Below, one piece after another: positions 48,593-60,504 of a DNA stretch of 64,000 nt (its first letter is position 1; each line of letters opens with the position of its first letter). Position numbers and translations under genes: made by a program. This DNA is from a virus (Duplodnaviria; Heunggongvirae; Uroviricota; Caudoviricetes), in the IMG/VR virus record IMGVR_UViG_3300031998_000033, positions 36,685-100,684 of that record; one strand, given 5' to 3'. The notes beneath the pieces are model-generated. The model saw nothing but the letters and a program-made list of their open reading frames with translations, did no database searches and was not told the origin of the DNA.

Positions 48593-49810
48593 ATGATTAA
48601 CCTCGACGATATATTCCGTACGGCGGACGACGCGATAAACGAATCCAAAAAAACCGACGTATGCGAACTCGACCGCGTATGCACGACGTTCGCAGACGTC
48701 CGCGACGCCATGCGCCGGGCGGCCAAAGACGCCATCCAGATAACGCCGCTCGAAAACTGCGTAAAGGCGTACGTCACGCAGAAAGACGGAGACTTCGTCG
48801 TATCGCCGGATGTCCCGGGCAAAACCCAGTTTAAGCCGATGCAGCAGGCGAAGGCGTCCGACTGGAAAGTATCAAAACAACAGAAACCGATGCTCGACAA
48901 ATCGCTGAAAGACATTCATGATACGCTCCGCGGCATGAGCGACGACATGTCTTCGACATGGGGCAACGGAAGGAGCTGCGTGGAATGCGTTCTCGCGGCG
49001 CCGCCTGAGGGGCATGAAAAAGAATACGGCGGCAAATTCCTGGCCGTGTTCCCGGAAATCCTGCAGTTCGACGCGGGCGGAAACAGGATAGAAGGCCGGC
49101 CCGAAGGCGCCGAAGACCTCCTGGCGCAGATGAAAGAATGCCCATGCTGCGCCCAGACGAGCAAGACATGCATAGACGCGCTCAAGCATGCGCAGAAATG
49201 CAAGGAAAAGCTGGAGTCGCTCGAGAAGCGCCTTGAGAAAATGACTGACGGCCTCGGATGGCGCTGCTCGCTGGACCAATATGTCGACGACAAGTATTCA
49301 AGATATATAGTGAACGCGGCGATGCGGCACGGCATAGACGTGTCGCGAGACTCGCAGTTTGTTAAAAGCCTCGTGCGCAGGCTGGCTGAAATCGCGGTCA
49401 GGGGAAAGCCTACGCGGTCCGATCTCGCCACGTACGCGAAAGGCGACAAGGTGGACTTCAAATCGGACGCGTGCAGGCAGTTCATCGCGGACGTCGAACA
49501 GAACGCGGAGGAAACAAACGGCGAAGTGCTCGGCCCGATCCGCGATTTTACGACATGCCTCGCCAAGGCCGCGGCGAACATGGCGCTGGCGATAGCGCAG
49601 CTAGACGGCACCGACGACGTCAAAGACCTGGAGAAATGCCGGATACTGTCCGAAGAAGACGCTGCTCCCGGCCGCAAAACGCTTGAAAATGTCGTCAAAT
49701 ACTGCGAACGGGGACCGAAGACTAAAATCGTCGGGTGCAACGGCAGGCTGTATCTCATGCAGGCCGACTTCAGCGGAATAAACGCGATAACGCAGCTGTT
49801 CGGAATATAA
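48593..49810 (+). CDS. Hypothetical protein, 405 aa, no TAG
   Basis: aaggaga RBS; TAA stop overlapping the next ATG. Confidence 0.5.
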   Translation: MINLDDIFRTADDAINESKKTDVCELDRVCTTFADVRDAMRRAAKDAIQITPLENCVKAYVTQKDGDFVVSPDVPGKTQFKPMQQAKASDWKVSKQQKPMLDKSLKDIHDTLRGMSDDMSSTWGNGRSCVECVLAAPPEGHEKEYGGKFLAVFPEILQFDAGGNRIEGRPEGAEDLLAQMKECPCCAQTSKTCIDALKHAQKCKEKLESLEKRLEKMTDGLGWRCSLDQYVDDKYSRYIVNAAMRHGIDVSRDSQFVKSLVRRLAEIAVRGKPTRSDLATYAKGDKVDFKSDACRQFIADVEQNAEETNGEVLGPIRDFTTCLAKAAANMALAIAQLDGTDDVKDLEKCRILSEEDAAPGRKTLENVVKYCERGPKTKIVGCNGRLYLMQADFSGINAITQLFGI

Positions 49811-51321
49811 TGTCGAAAGACCGTGCCATGACCGTTTTCGCAGACATGCTATTCGAAAGCAGAAAAGAATACCTGTCGAAATACGCGGACCAACCGGGCG
49901 TAAAAGACGTCCTAGATAGGTTCTGGTCGCTTCGGCATAGGATTTCCGCGCCGAAAAACGACATAGACTGGTGGATAAAGAAGCCCTATGGCGAGCTCAA
50001 GGCGTTCGTCGACGGCTTTGACGCGCGTAACAGACAGGCAAAGCGCCGTGACGAGCATATTGCGAGAGCCGAAAAGTACGGCGCGAAAAAGCTGGGCGAA
50101 ACCGGCATGTACGAGGTCTGGTACATACCGTCGCATGAGGCCGCGCAGGAAATAGGGCGCATGTACAAGGGCAAGTCGGCCAGCTGGTGCATATCGACTG
50201 AGAGCTCGCAGTACTTCGACTACAACTACAAAGACTCCGAATTCGTGTTCATGGTGCTGCGCGACGGCGCGGAGGCCGAACTGGACGGATGCGACAAGAT
50301 CGCGCTGCAGACGTCGCTCGACGAAGACGGCGCGGTCGAGCTCGACGCCGTATGGGACATCCGCGACAGCCGGATAGACGACGGCGACGAGTACGACGGC
50401 ACGCCGTTCTCGGAGACTGAAACCTACAAAGAAGTCTACGAGGCGCTCGGGATGTTCGAACAGAGCCGCCTGAACAGGACCGTATACCGCGAAAAGCAGC
50501 TCGAAAGGATAATGCGGGACCCGGAGCAGATCAAAAACGTAGTGTTCAAAGACGCCGCGGCGAAGCCCGGCGAAGACGGGTCGTGGACGAACGACTACGG
50601 CCTGGACGACGTCTGCGACCTGATCGACGGGGAAAGCCGCGACGCCGTCAGCGAGAAGTTCATCCGCAGAATACTGGACCCGGAAGGCGACTTATACGAC
50701 ATATTCTATTCCCCGGACGAGCCGTCGTTCGAGTACATGCGCAAGGCCGAAAAGGCGTTCGAGGACGCCGTCGGCAGGTTCGGAGTGAAATGGGACGCGA
50801 TCGAGAAGGCATACGAAGGCGACGAAATAGAAGGCCTAGCCGAGGACGTCCAGGACTGGATGCGCGACCAAATACATGAAGATTTCTATGGAGGGAACGG
50901 GTACGGCGTCGTCTGGCGCGACTGCTGGGAAAACGGCACCGTCGAGGAAGCCCGTAAAGACATAGTCAGACAGATCAGCGACAAAATCGGCGCGACGGAG
51001 TACAACTGGCAGGACGGCGTCTTCGTAGTGCGGTTCAAGCCATCGCAGATACGCGACATGGCCAAGATGCGGCTTGCCGGAAACGACGAGAACGCGCTTC
51101 GGCTCTCGATGTACGAGAATACCGACGACGACGCGCCGGAAACGATATGCGTCTACGAACCGCAGTACGGCTGGGACGGGTTCGACGAAGACATGATGGC
51201 CGAGGCCGCCGCGTCGTTCGGCAAAAGGCTTGCCGGCAGGATTACAATGCAGAAAGACGCGCCGGGGCAGATGTTCTTCAGCTTCGACAGTCCGGACAAT
51301 CCCGACAACATGGAGGAATGA
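49810..51321 (+). CDS. Hypothetical protein with a 'YEVW.IPS..AA...GR.YKGKS..WCIST' domain, about 503 aa
   Basis: Probable start MSKDRAMTVF at 49810. Central domain paralogous to that of 20037..21046. Confidence 0.5.
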   Translation: MSKDRAMTVFADMLFESRKEYLSKYADQPGVKDVLDRFWSLRHRISAPKNDIDWWIKKPYGELKAFVDGFDARNRQAKRRDEHIARAEKYGAKKLGETGMYEVWYIPSHEAAQEIGRMYKGKSASWCISTESSQYFDYNYKDSEFVFMVLRDGAEAELDGCDKIALQTSLDEDGAVELDAVWDIRDSRIDDGDEYDGTPFSETETYKEVYEALGMFEQSRLNRTVYREKQLERIMRDPEQIKNVVFKDAAAKPGEDGSWTNDYGLDDVCDLIDGESRDAVSEKFIRRILDPEGDLYDIFYSPDEPSFEYMRKAEKAFEDAVGRFGVKWDAIEKAYEGDEIEGLAEDVQDWMRDQIHEDFYGGNGYGVVWRDCWENGTVEEARKDIVRQISDKIGATEYNWQDGVFVVRFKPSQIRDMAKMRLAGNDENALRLSMYENTDDDAPETICVYEPQYGWDGFDEDMMAEAAASFGKRLAGRITMQKDAPGQMFFSFDSPDNPDNMEE

Positions 51322-52205
51322 CAGTGGGGGACTTCATCCAGTTTCTCGCCGAGCAGAACGAAATCGGCCTTGGTTTCGAAAAAGCCACGGCGAAGAACGT
51401 CAACAGGTGGCTTTCCAAAAACGGAATGGCCGGAAAGTTCAAAGCCGAACGGTTCAAGCCGGGCAGGGGCCAGCGCTCCGAGAATTTCCCCGACGTCAGC
51501 GTGTCGTCGGCCGACGGGAATTTCTTCATAGAATGCAAACAATATTCGCGAGCCAACATGCTGAATACGAAATTCGACCTGGATGAAGACTGCGGGGCGA
51601 AGGCGCATGACGGCCTGTATTCGGAACTGGCCGCGCAGATAAACGGGTCGGACCAATTCCGCAGATTCCGCAAATTTATGACGTCCGGCCAGAAGCTGCT
51701 CGGCGGGGCGAAGCCGATAGACGTATACCTCGGAAAAAAAGAGTTCGATCCGAAGAAGATAATCCCGAAATACAACAAGATGGTGCGGAACGGGCTTACG
51801 GAGGCCGACTGCAAGGAATTCGACATGGACAATCTGCGGAAGTCGACGGCCGGGACCGTCTCGTGCGCTCTGTCGTGGAGGATCGCGGGCAAAGGCACAT
51901 GGGATATCTGCAGGATAAAGACGGATTTCAAGCCGTATCTCGTCGGAAAATACGGCGGCGGGGCGAAGGTCAAATACCTGCAGCTCGGCGAAAACCTATT
52001 CATAATAGATTCAGACGACAATCCGTTCGGTATAGACGTTCCGGCGCTTCCAGAAAAGGTGACCGGGCTGTTTACGCTGAAATTCACGCCGAGATTCGGG
52101 GTCGGCGGCGTATATATAACGCCGAGATCGGAAATCACAGACAGGCTGGAATCGCCGGCGGACTTCAACAATTCGAAAAAATGGCCTTCCATAAAAGGTA
52201 AATAA
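51318..52205 (+). CDS. PD-(D/E)xK nuclease-like protein, about 295 aa
   Basis: ATG overlaps the upstream TGA. Motif PDVSVSSADGNFFIECKQYS (D...E.K). The track ORF's upstream in-frame extension overlaps the previous gene. Confidence 0.45.
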   Translation: MTVGDFIQFLAEQNEIGLGFEKATAKNVNRWLSKNGMAGKFKAERFKPGRGQRSENFPDVSVSSADGNFFIECKQYSRANMLNTKFDLDEDCGAKAHDGLYSELAAQINGSDQFRRFRKFMTSGQKLLGGAKPIDVYLGKKEFDPKKIIPKYNKMVRNGLTEADCKEFDMDNLRKSTAGTVSCALSWRIAGKGTWDICRIKTDFKPYLVGKYGGGAKVKYLQLGENLFIIDSDDNPFGIDVPALPEKVTGLFTLKFTPRFGVGGVYITPRSEITDRLESPADFNNSKKWPSIKGK

Positions 52206-53252
52206 TGAAAATGAAAAACAATAAGACCATTCAAGCCGGGATTGAAAAACCCAATAACATTTTCGAGTGCGCCAATTTTAACATAACGGACGAAATACTC
52301 GAAAAAGCCAAGATTATGGCGTATATGTACAATCTCCAAGCCGACAATGACAACGGCGAGGAAAAACCGTACATGCCGAAATTCTTTCCGGAAAAGGCCA
52401 TAGACATAATAGTGCGGTTCAACGACGAGTTCATAGTCGAGATCTTCCTTCTTACGAAAACAGGCGAATGGGATTCCAAGTTCAGATATGACGGACAGAT
52501 ATGCAAGTTGTCCGCCGACCAGATGGAGCAGTTCTTTAAATCGGAATTCTACAGGAAAATGCTCGAATCGCTGTCTAAGACATGGCCGGCCGCGGATCCC
52601 ATGTACAGCGGACTGCTAAAGGCGTGCGTCCATAAAAAAATGCGGACCGGCTTTTCGGAAAAGGAACTGCAAGGCAGTCTTCAAGAAGTAGACCAGCCCA
52701 ATAAACGCGTCGACCTCGCCAATAAAGACATAACCGGCGACGGCGTACGCGATTATACGTCTACCGGCCGCAAAATCATCAAATTCGGCGACATGGGCGT
52801 CAAAGGCGGCTCCGGCAAGTATTACTGCTGGCCGAACCCGAAATTCCCGTTTAAATGGTCGCAGTGGAAAGACTGGAAAAAAATCAAACCGCTGTGCAAG
52901 ATGACTTTCAAATACAACGGACGCGAATACATGATATCGCTTTCACTGTTCGACGAGAACTTCGACAACAGGGGTTTCCGCGGCGCCGATACACAGTGGA
53001 CGCCTCCTCTGGCATGGCTTACGCCCGGCGAATGCGCGGAGGTAATGGAACTCAGCATAGTGTAGAAATTCACAAAACAGTGTATAAGGCGGATACGGGA
53101 ATACCTCAATATGACGCCGCATGAAGTATACGAAAAGATCAACAACAAGGATAAGATCACTGTCAAGGAAATCGAAAAGACTCAGCGCGTTATAAAACAT
53201 GTGATCACGACGGCGCTGAAGCAAAACCAGGCCGATACATACTGTTGGGATT
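52205..53252 (+). CDS. Hypothetical protein of about 348 aa, read through TAG 53063
   Basis: Track ORF 52205..53065 continues in frame after TAG to TAA ~53250. Confidence 0.4.
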
Positions 53253-53258
53253 AAGACT

Positions 53259-55286
53259 ATGGAAAACGACAATACCGCATTAACAAAAGACGGGTCCAGC
53301 GCCGGCTATGTCATAATGGCTTTGTCCGATAGAGGTTTTCCCGTGCTACCGTTCGACGCCGACTACAACATAGAGTACTGCAAGAAGTGCATGCAGACAG
53401 ATGTCAACAACCGCGATTTTGATGGGATGTTCTTGACTGGATGGGAAAAATTCAAGAAAAGATGTGGTGGATGGACCTAGGCAAAAGCACTAGCCAAGAT
53501 AAACGGTCTCAACAAAGTTCTTGGAGTGTCAGTATTCAGCAAGAGAGCTACAGCTGAAGAAGCGATGAGAGAAGGTGAAGTCGCTGAGTGCGGTGGCCAG
53601 TATATGCTATGGGGATACGATGAGGAGAGCATCCTCCCCAACGGACTGGGCCAATATATGCTTGACCACAGCGCTGACTGGGGGATATTTCCAGTATAGT
53701 ACAAGCCAGGTGAACCCGTAAAGTTGCTGTCTGAACAGCCTTTGATGCGATATTTCGATAAAGACTACCAGAAACAGATGCGCGCCTAGATACAATAGAT
53801 AGACAGCAGGATGCCGGGATTTGCCGACAAAATGGAAAAAAAGCTAAACGCCGGTAAAACTAAATTCGGCGGGCCGAAAACAGTACGGGAGCTCTACTCG
53901 TTCCTCGACGAGCAGGACAGACAGAAAAACGGCGATACGTGGATTTACTGGAATGTCAAAGGCCGAGAAATAAAAGCTCAGCCGTATTTTGTGAAGACGA
54001 CACCGCATACAGTTGAAATGCAGCTGCTTCAGTCGTCGACATCAGAGTGCAGCGTTTATTCCCTCCTTAAGGCCGTCAAGGATATATTAGACGACTATGT
54101 GCTAGAAGACAATAAAAAGGACAAGTACTTTGTTTTTAAATACGAATACGACGATAAGGCCTATGAAATAGGATCGATAACAAAAACGATGCAAAGGCTT
54201 GAATTCAACATGATAGACTGGGGAATGGACGAAGCCAAGACATTAGTCGATGAAATCTTTGACCAAATCGACGAATGTGAAGGCGGCTGCGCCTGCGGCG
54301 GAAACTGCGGAGGCGACTGCGGCGGAAACTGCGGCGGCGGAGACGGCGGAATCTCGACCGGAGACGTACTCGGGCCTGACGGAAATTTCGAAAACGGCAA
54401 AGGCAGCATGGGTCCCGGCGACTTCCACGTACCGTTCCCGGTGATGCCATGCCTTGTCAGATGGCCGACAAATTGGCTCGGAGGAAACGCGAAAAAGCGC
54501 AGAAAGAAAAATATGCCAAAGGCCGCGACAGGTTCCAACCCGTACGCGAAAGGCATGAAGACAATCGTCGCGGAAGATGAAGACAGCGTCCAAGTGTTCG
54601 AGTATCAGGGATTCGCGCGCCAAAAATTCGAAGAAATAACGCAGGACGTCGATAACGTATTCACCGGCGTGCTTACGTTCAACAGGAGAATGCGTCTCGC
54701 GTGGCTTATCAACGACAAGGGCTTTATGGAATTCTACAAGCCCATTCGGGATTGGGACGAAAAAACGCATGAACCCATACCCGGCGGAAAATGGCGTATA
54801 TACCATACGCGTCTCGACCGGAACGGTGAAATAGAGCTGCTGGACATATCAGACATGGAATATGGGACAGAAGACGCCGCGCTGAACGCCGTGTTCAAGG
54901 CTGTGCAGGAACACCGGCAGAAACTCACTGAGCGCCTTGAAAAGAAAATAGAAGAATCAAGGCCAGATCCGCGCGAACTCATAAAATGGATAGCGCAAGG
55001 CAAAGACCCTGCCCGATTCCCTATGCATAGGCCGGAAATAGACGCCCGCCGGCTCGAAAATGAAATCCGCATGAAGTTTCCGCACCAGTTCGAAAATGTA
55101 AAACTGTCGAACGCGGCCGGACGATGGACATTGGAATTCACCGCCGAAATTCCCGAAGGCCAAAGCGAATTACGCGGGCAGACGCGCGTGTCGGCGGCCG
55201 TTCCGATGGTCAATAGGATAGTATCGTTTCTTAGGACTCGCGGCGTCGATGTGAACAGCTATGATGTAACAGCTGTCGAACGCTGA
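53259..55286 (+). CDS. Large hypothetical (possibly structural) protein of about 675 aa with 4 in-frame TAGs and a Cys/Gly-rich CGGNCGGDCGGNCGG motif
   Basis: Track ORFs 53259..53480 and 53811..55286 share a frame. No TAA or TGA lies between them, only TAG at 53478, 53697, 53787 and 53796. An internal start at 53811 is also possible. Confidence 0.45.
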
Positions 55287-55303
55287 AAGTAAAACTGCAG
55301 ACA

Positions 55304-55957
55304 ATGGCCGACAACGTCACAATACAGCCTGGAACAAGGCCTGAAATCATGCTGGGACCTGTACCCGGACAGCTTCCGAGCCAGGACCAGCTAGGTTCCA
55401 ATAATCCGCTTCCCGCAAACATATACGGGATGGATCTGAATTACGCGGCGGCTAACAGCTGGTATCTATACCTTCCGATAGAAAATATTCTCGGCGTATC
55501 ATATAATGGACTAAACCTTCATGTGACGAGGTTTTCGCTTCCGCAGATGGAGATAACCAGTTCGACGGTCAGCTACAAAGGCTATTCGAAGGAAATACCG
55601 ACAAAGGTGATAAATTCGGACAGTAAAATGCTGACGATCGAATACATTATCGACGAAAAATGGGTGAATTACGCCTGTCTGTACGCCTGGCTTTCGCACG
55701 TATACGGTACGCTGAATCCGATGATCGAAGACGACGACACCGCGCCTATACAGCCTTCGGACTACCTGCCCCTGCGTCTTTATCTTCTCGATAATTACAA
55801 AAGAAAGATCATGGAATTCCAATTTTTGGACTGTTGGATAAAAAATTTCGGAGACCTTGCATTAGACGTGACAAGCCCGGCCGAAACCCATCATTCGTTT
55901 ACAATCTGCTACGATACTTATAAGATAACGAAAACGGGTAATTTTGGAATAGTCTAA
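55304..55957 (+). CDS. Tail tube protein (T4 gp19-like), 217 aa
   Basis: C-terminal EFQFLDCWIKNFGDLALDVTSPAETHHSFTICYDTY parallels gp19 IEIKGLWPTNVGELQLDWDSNNEIQTFEVTLALDYW. Confidence 0.5.
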   Translation: MADNVTIQPGTRPEIMLGPVPGQLPSQDQLGSNNPLPANIYGMDLNYAAANSWYLYLPIENILGVSYNGLNLHVTRFSLPQMEITSSTVSYKGYSKEIPTKVINSDSKMLTIEYIIDEKWVNYACLYAWLSHVYGTLNPMIEDDDTAPIQPSDYLPLRLYLLDNYKRKIMEFQFLDCWIKNFGDLALDVTSPAETHHSFTICYDTYKITKTGNFGIV

Positions 55958-56003
55958 GCGGAAAAAGTAAATAAAAACAGTATAAAACTACAGGATCAGC
56001 ACA

Positions 56004-57156
56004 ATGAGCAAATACCTTACAGAATTTGACGAGCTCCAGGCGGCGCTTAGGAAAGTCCGTCTTGACGAGGACTGCATGATATACCGCAACGGCATGCTTC
56101 TCGAAGACAGCAAGGCCGACGCGTACAGGAAAGTATAGAAACTTCTGCAGTCTCCGCAGATGAGCGAAGCGCATCCATGGCTGTATAAACGCGATATTGA
56201 TTTCCTTACAGAAGAGGAAATCGAGCGCATAAATAAGCTTTTCGACTATGGCGTGAAAAACGGATTCGTTGACAACAGCTTCGAAGAAGAGCTCGAAAAA
56301 AGCGAAAACCCCGATGCCGTCGTCGCCGATGAAGAGCCTGAAAAGGCCGAGCAGACCGCGGAACCGCCTGCATAGGATGAAAAACGCAACGTACCGATTC
56401 CGTGCTGGACGATTTTGTACAGCGCGACAAAAAACGGCGAAACAAAATGCGGCGAATGCTACTCCAACGCGATTTCAGTATCGGCCGCGAAAGCCGACTG
56501 CCTTGCCAAACTCGAACGTTTCGGTTATGCCAATATAACAGTGCTTGCTATCGAAGCCGGCGATCCAGACTGCGCTAAAATACAGAATTCCGACATTGAA
56601 CAAAATCGTTTCCAGCAAGTAGATGAAGCGGAAGAATCTGACGACGGCTCCGACGACAGCTCCGACGACAGCTCCGACGACGCCGGTGATGATACAGACG
56701 ATACCGGTTCTGATGATTTTAGCAGTGACGATACCGGTTCTGATGATTTTAGCGGTGACGATACTGATGACGACACTGGTTCAGACGATACCGAGTCCGA
56801 CGATACCGAGTCCGACGATACCGGCGACGATACCAGTTCCGACGATACCGGTGACGACACCGAATCCGACGATACCGGCGACAACACCGAAGATAAAGGT
56901 GAAGACGATACTGACGATGATGAAGAACTTTCAGACGAAGAAAAAGCTCAGCTGAAAGACGAATATAAAACAAAATTCCAGGAAATTATGATCGCCTGCG
57001 GTTTTGAAGACAGATCGTTTATCGATCTAACCATCCCGGAAAAAACCAGGTTCTTCGAAAAGATGAATGCCCAGTGGGACAAGGCCGATCCGACGAAATT
57101 CATGTCTGAAGACGAGCAGAATCAGCTTGAATCGATCACTGTGACTGTGAAATAAT
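56004..57156 (+). CDS. Acidic low-complexity protein with (S/T)DD tandem repeats, about 384 aa, 2 in-frame TAGs
   Basis: Track ORFs 56160..56375 and 56415..57155 plus an upstream segment from ATG 56004 form one frame, joined by TAG 56136 and TAG 56373. D/S/T-rich repeats lie at about 56630-56900. Confidence 0.45.
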
Positions 57157-57361
57157 GGTCCAATCCGAGCAAATAGACGAAAAAAGTACCTGCTGTTTCA
57201 ACTGCAGGTACTTTTGTCATAGAACGGGATTTTGCAGAAAAAACCCTCCGCAGGTAATAGTCCAATATGTAAATAGATCTGCTTTTCCAACCGCCGTATT
57301 TCCGAAAATAGCCGTACCTACGCTTGACTGGTGCGGCGAATTCAAACATAAAGACACTTAA
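57155..57361 (+). CDS. Small Cys-rich protein (CCFNCRYFCHRTGFC), 68 aa
   Basis: ATG overlaps the upstream TAA. Followed by a strong terminator. Confidence 0.4.
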   Translation: MVQSEQIDEKSTCCFNCRYFCHRTGFCRKNPPQVIVQYVNRSAFPTAVFPKIAVPTLDWCGEFKHKDT

Positions 57362-57383
57362 GTCAAAGCAAACATATAAAGCA

Positions 57384-57415
57384 GGCCGGCACAATATGCC
57401 GGCCTTTTTTATTTC
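57384..57415 (+). terminator. Rho-independent terminator
   Basis: ggccggca-caatat-gccggcc followed by T6. Confidence 0.7.
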
Positions 57416-57985
57416 AATCCGAAAGCCCGTTTTATAGAAGGATATCCAATAAATATTTTGCGCGCTTTACCGGTCAGCCTGGACTTCATGCTTGCCAAGG
57501 CGACGCCGAATTTCCTGCAAAAGACCTTCGGAACCACTTTACAGACATATATTCCGAACTTCTGCCAAGTCCATTTCTGATTAAGCGAAAACGCGCGGCC
57601 GCCGTCATGCAGCGCAAACTGGCCTTTAACATCCAAATAGACGCTTACGCATGACTGTTTCATCGCGGAAAGTGGTATTTTGAACTCTTTCGCAAGCGCG
57701 GGATAAAGCGCCGGATTGAACTATACTATAAAGTCAGGCGTATAGATATGCTCTCGGAACAGGCACCGCTACTTTCCTTGCGAATCTTCATATTTTACGG
57801 CATCGAACAGGCAGAAAGGCGCAGGCTAATACTGAAAATCCTGAAGAATCGACAACTAACGGGCTTCGCAGGCCCAATTGACGAAATCGACCTCCTCTGA
57901 CGAATCTACTGAAAGCGTTACTCCGTGCTCGGTGTCTTCGACAATAAGCTATTTGCGCTTATTCTTTCCGGCTAATTGCTCCATA

Positions 57986-58642
57986 TCAAACGCTCCATTC
58001 CATTCCGGTGCATTCTGCGATGTACTGCTTCAAGGACCTCATTATTTTGAAGGCGTCTTCTGTCCTGTTAAGACGAGACTTATCGCATACGGTACGTTCT
58101 ATTTCATCGTTGACGTTCAATATGCACCGTCTATGCCCGCCGAGTACGTCCGAATCCATGTCCAAGCAGTTCGTCTTCCCAAACGCCGCAGTCATAAACG
58201 CGCGGAGCGTTCCAGCGCCGAGCCTCATATGCGATATGGCGAACATGTTCTTCGGCATGCAGGCCTTGCGCCTGAAAAGCCTGCTGAATACGAAAGCCGC
58301 GCGTCTGTTAAAAGACCTCGTATCTATACTTATATCCTGTTCGGCCAGCCGGTATCTCGACTTTTTCCCGGTATAGCGGATGCCGTCTAATTCAAGCAAG
58401 ATATTCTCAGCGGGCCTGCAATCGCCTAGGATAAAATAATAGTCTAGAGAAAATACATCGAAACCGCCGGCGAGCGACAGCGCCTTCTTTTCAAGACCCT
58501 CTCCGAATGACTCCGATCCAAAAATGTCTTTCCCGCATACATATTCACCGACGGAATTCTTAAAAAAACCGCCGTCTAAACCTTCAAAAGTCTTACGGGT
58601 ATAAGCGTCCAATATGGAATCGAACCGGACGAGATGTATCAT
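57986..58642 (-). CDS. Hypothetical protein, 218 aa
   Basis: Track ORF, TGA stop. Confidence 0.4.
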   Translation of the reverse strand: MIHLVRFDSILDAYTRKTFEGLDGGFFKNSVGEYVCGKDIFGSESFGEGLEKKALSLAGGFDVFSLDYYFILGDCRPAENILLELDGIRYTGKKSRYRLAEQDISIDTRSFNRRAAFVFSRLFRRKACMPKNMFAISHMRLGAGTLRAFMTAAFGKTNCLDMDSDVLGGHRRCILNVNDEIERTVCDKSRLNRTEDAFKIMRSLKQYIAECTGMEWSV

Positions 58643-58755
58643 ATTACCATACCTGCTGGTCGGAAAAACCCGGCGGAATAACAGATGTTATACGTTCTGA
58701 ATGCTTTTCTGTCGCCGCCGGATATTTCTTATTCATATTGATATTTTACGAAACA

Positions 58756-59424
58756 TCAGTCTGGATACGTAAAGTAGAAATAATCTGGTTTTTTAGACGC
58801 GGTTGGAATCCCGTCATATGCAGACTGGGCCAATACGGAAAGCTAGTTGTATTTTCCGCCGTCTACCTACAAATTACTGACGGTTAAATTCGTAATATTG
58901 GCATTTGTCGCGGTAAAATCATTAAAATATCCGTACTGCGCGGAAATGCTCGGAAGCTTATACCAGTTAAGAACGCCGGAAAGCGCGCTTGTAAACCTGA
59001 ATGTGCCTAAAGACGAAAGAAGAATGCCGTTGCTGGAATATATGGCCGATATCAACCGCGGACTGTATTCGCCGTTTTCATACATATAGACATAGGCGCT
59101 TGTATCGCAGCTCATTTTTTCGAGCATGTCCTAATACGGCAGAAGCCCTGCGAGGTCGTCGCTAATCTACGCCGTATCCTCGCGCATGCCCCGTATATCC
59201 ATGATATCGGCCATCCACGCTTCTAGATCGTCGGCCGTCGCGTAATACGACATATATCCGGTATCTGTCATCTCGGAAGGATCGCACGGCTTGGAAATAA
59301 GCAGCAGATCCTTTCTGCCAATGCCATCCGACGTTATTGTAATAGTCGAAAGCTGTGAAATGGGAAGATTCGTCAAGACGTTGTCGGTGACTATAAGACT
59401 GTCGTCCCAATCTTTAATTATCAT
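58756..59424 (-). CDS. Hypothetical (possibly structural) protein of about 222 aa with 4 in-frame TAGs
   Basis: Track ORFs 59167..59424 and 58867..59127 are one frame. TAGs at 59167, 59131, 58867 and 58843. TGA at 58756. aaggaat RBS. Confidence 0.45.
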
Positions 59425-59457
59425 ATCGATATTCCTTTACTGAATATTTACGTCCTT

Positions 59458-60504
59458 TTACGACAAATAGATCTTATCGTATTCCTTTTTCCTGCCGCCG
59501 ACGTATATCATGACGGGTACCGCCCAATATGACGGATGGACGACGCCGGCCGGAGGATCCGCCTGTGTCGTTTTCAGCTCGAGCCGGCACGACTTCATGT
59601 TTATGGTCGCATTGTACGTCTTTGGGCTTTGCGCGGTACCTGCACCGCCTCCGTAATGCACTGTGTCCTTGCCGAGGTTCTACCAGTTGTCCGTACTGTC
59701 GAAATGACTGTTCTCGATATCCGGAACAAGCCTGACGCTGGCGTCAAGACTGTTAATCGGATGCTCATGCGCGGCAAGCGCGACATGCTGCGGAACCTGT
59801 TCGAACCTGCATGTACGGACTCCTTCGGCGGACGAATATTCCGTAAACGGATTCAATTTGACGAACTGCCCGTATAGATCGGGCACGCGCAGCGTCTAGC
59901 CGTATATAAACGGATTCGAGTCCCTTGTAACAAATTTATTGCCGCTTTTAGTAAACTAAGAAGGATCGATATCGAACTGGCTGCCGTCGGGATATACCCA
60001 GCCGTCAAAATCGCTAGACCGTATATATGCGGAATCTATCTAAGGCATTCCGACCTTGGAATACATGAACCGGACCGTCCCGTATTCAGGTTCATCCGGA
60101 ATAGACGGCTGCAACATTGGACAATATATGTCTGCAACGCTATACTGGCCTGTTTTAAACCCGTCGGCGCCGGCGACGCCGGCGGACAATGTGCCTATCT
60201 TCTAAGTGCTTCCGTCGGATGTCTAACCGTATTTAAGCGTCGGCTGGGCATTAACGTAATTTCCGTGTTTGTGTCCGGACAATGAATACTGCCAACTGTC
60301 GGCGAATGCCATTGTTCCGACATGCATAAGATCTAAAGCGCGCTATTTCACGTCGGAGCTTAGTTCGCTGTAACAGGCCCTGTATGTCTGCTGGCCGTTC
60401 TGAACCGCGAAAACAGTATCCGCACAGGCCTAAGCTTGGGCTGGAAGATCCTGGGATCTGAATCCATGAACGCTGACAGCCGTATTGTCTAAATTAATGC
60501 CCAT
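59458..60504 (-). CDS. Fibre/baseplate-like protein of about 349 aa with 8 in-frame TAGs
   Basis: Translated codon by codon from ATG 60502-60504 (TAATG overlap with the upstream gene) to TAA 59458. Track ORFs 59680..59886 and 59458..59661 are internal pieces. Contains IDSAYIRSSDFDGWVYPDGSQFDI. Confidence 0.5.

Noticed and set aside
48916-49758. 280-aa minus-strand ORF
   Set aside because: Antisense to gene 48593..49810. The product is Ser/Pro/Ala-rich low complexity.
51278-52339. 353-aa minus-strand ORF
   Set aside because: Antisense to the PD-(D/E)xK-like gene and the start of the next gene. Ser/Pro/Phe-rich low complexity. It spans a gene boundary on the other strand.
57409-57663. 84-aa minus-strand ORF after the 57384 terminator
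   Set aside because: Weak start and no homology, and an in-frame upstream TAG extension of unclear extent. Left unannotated as a gene; it may be real.
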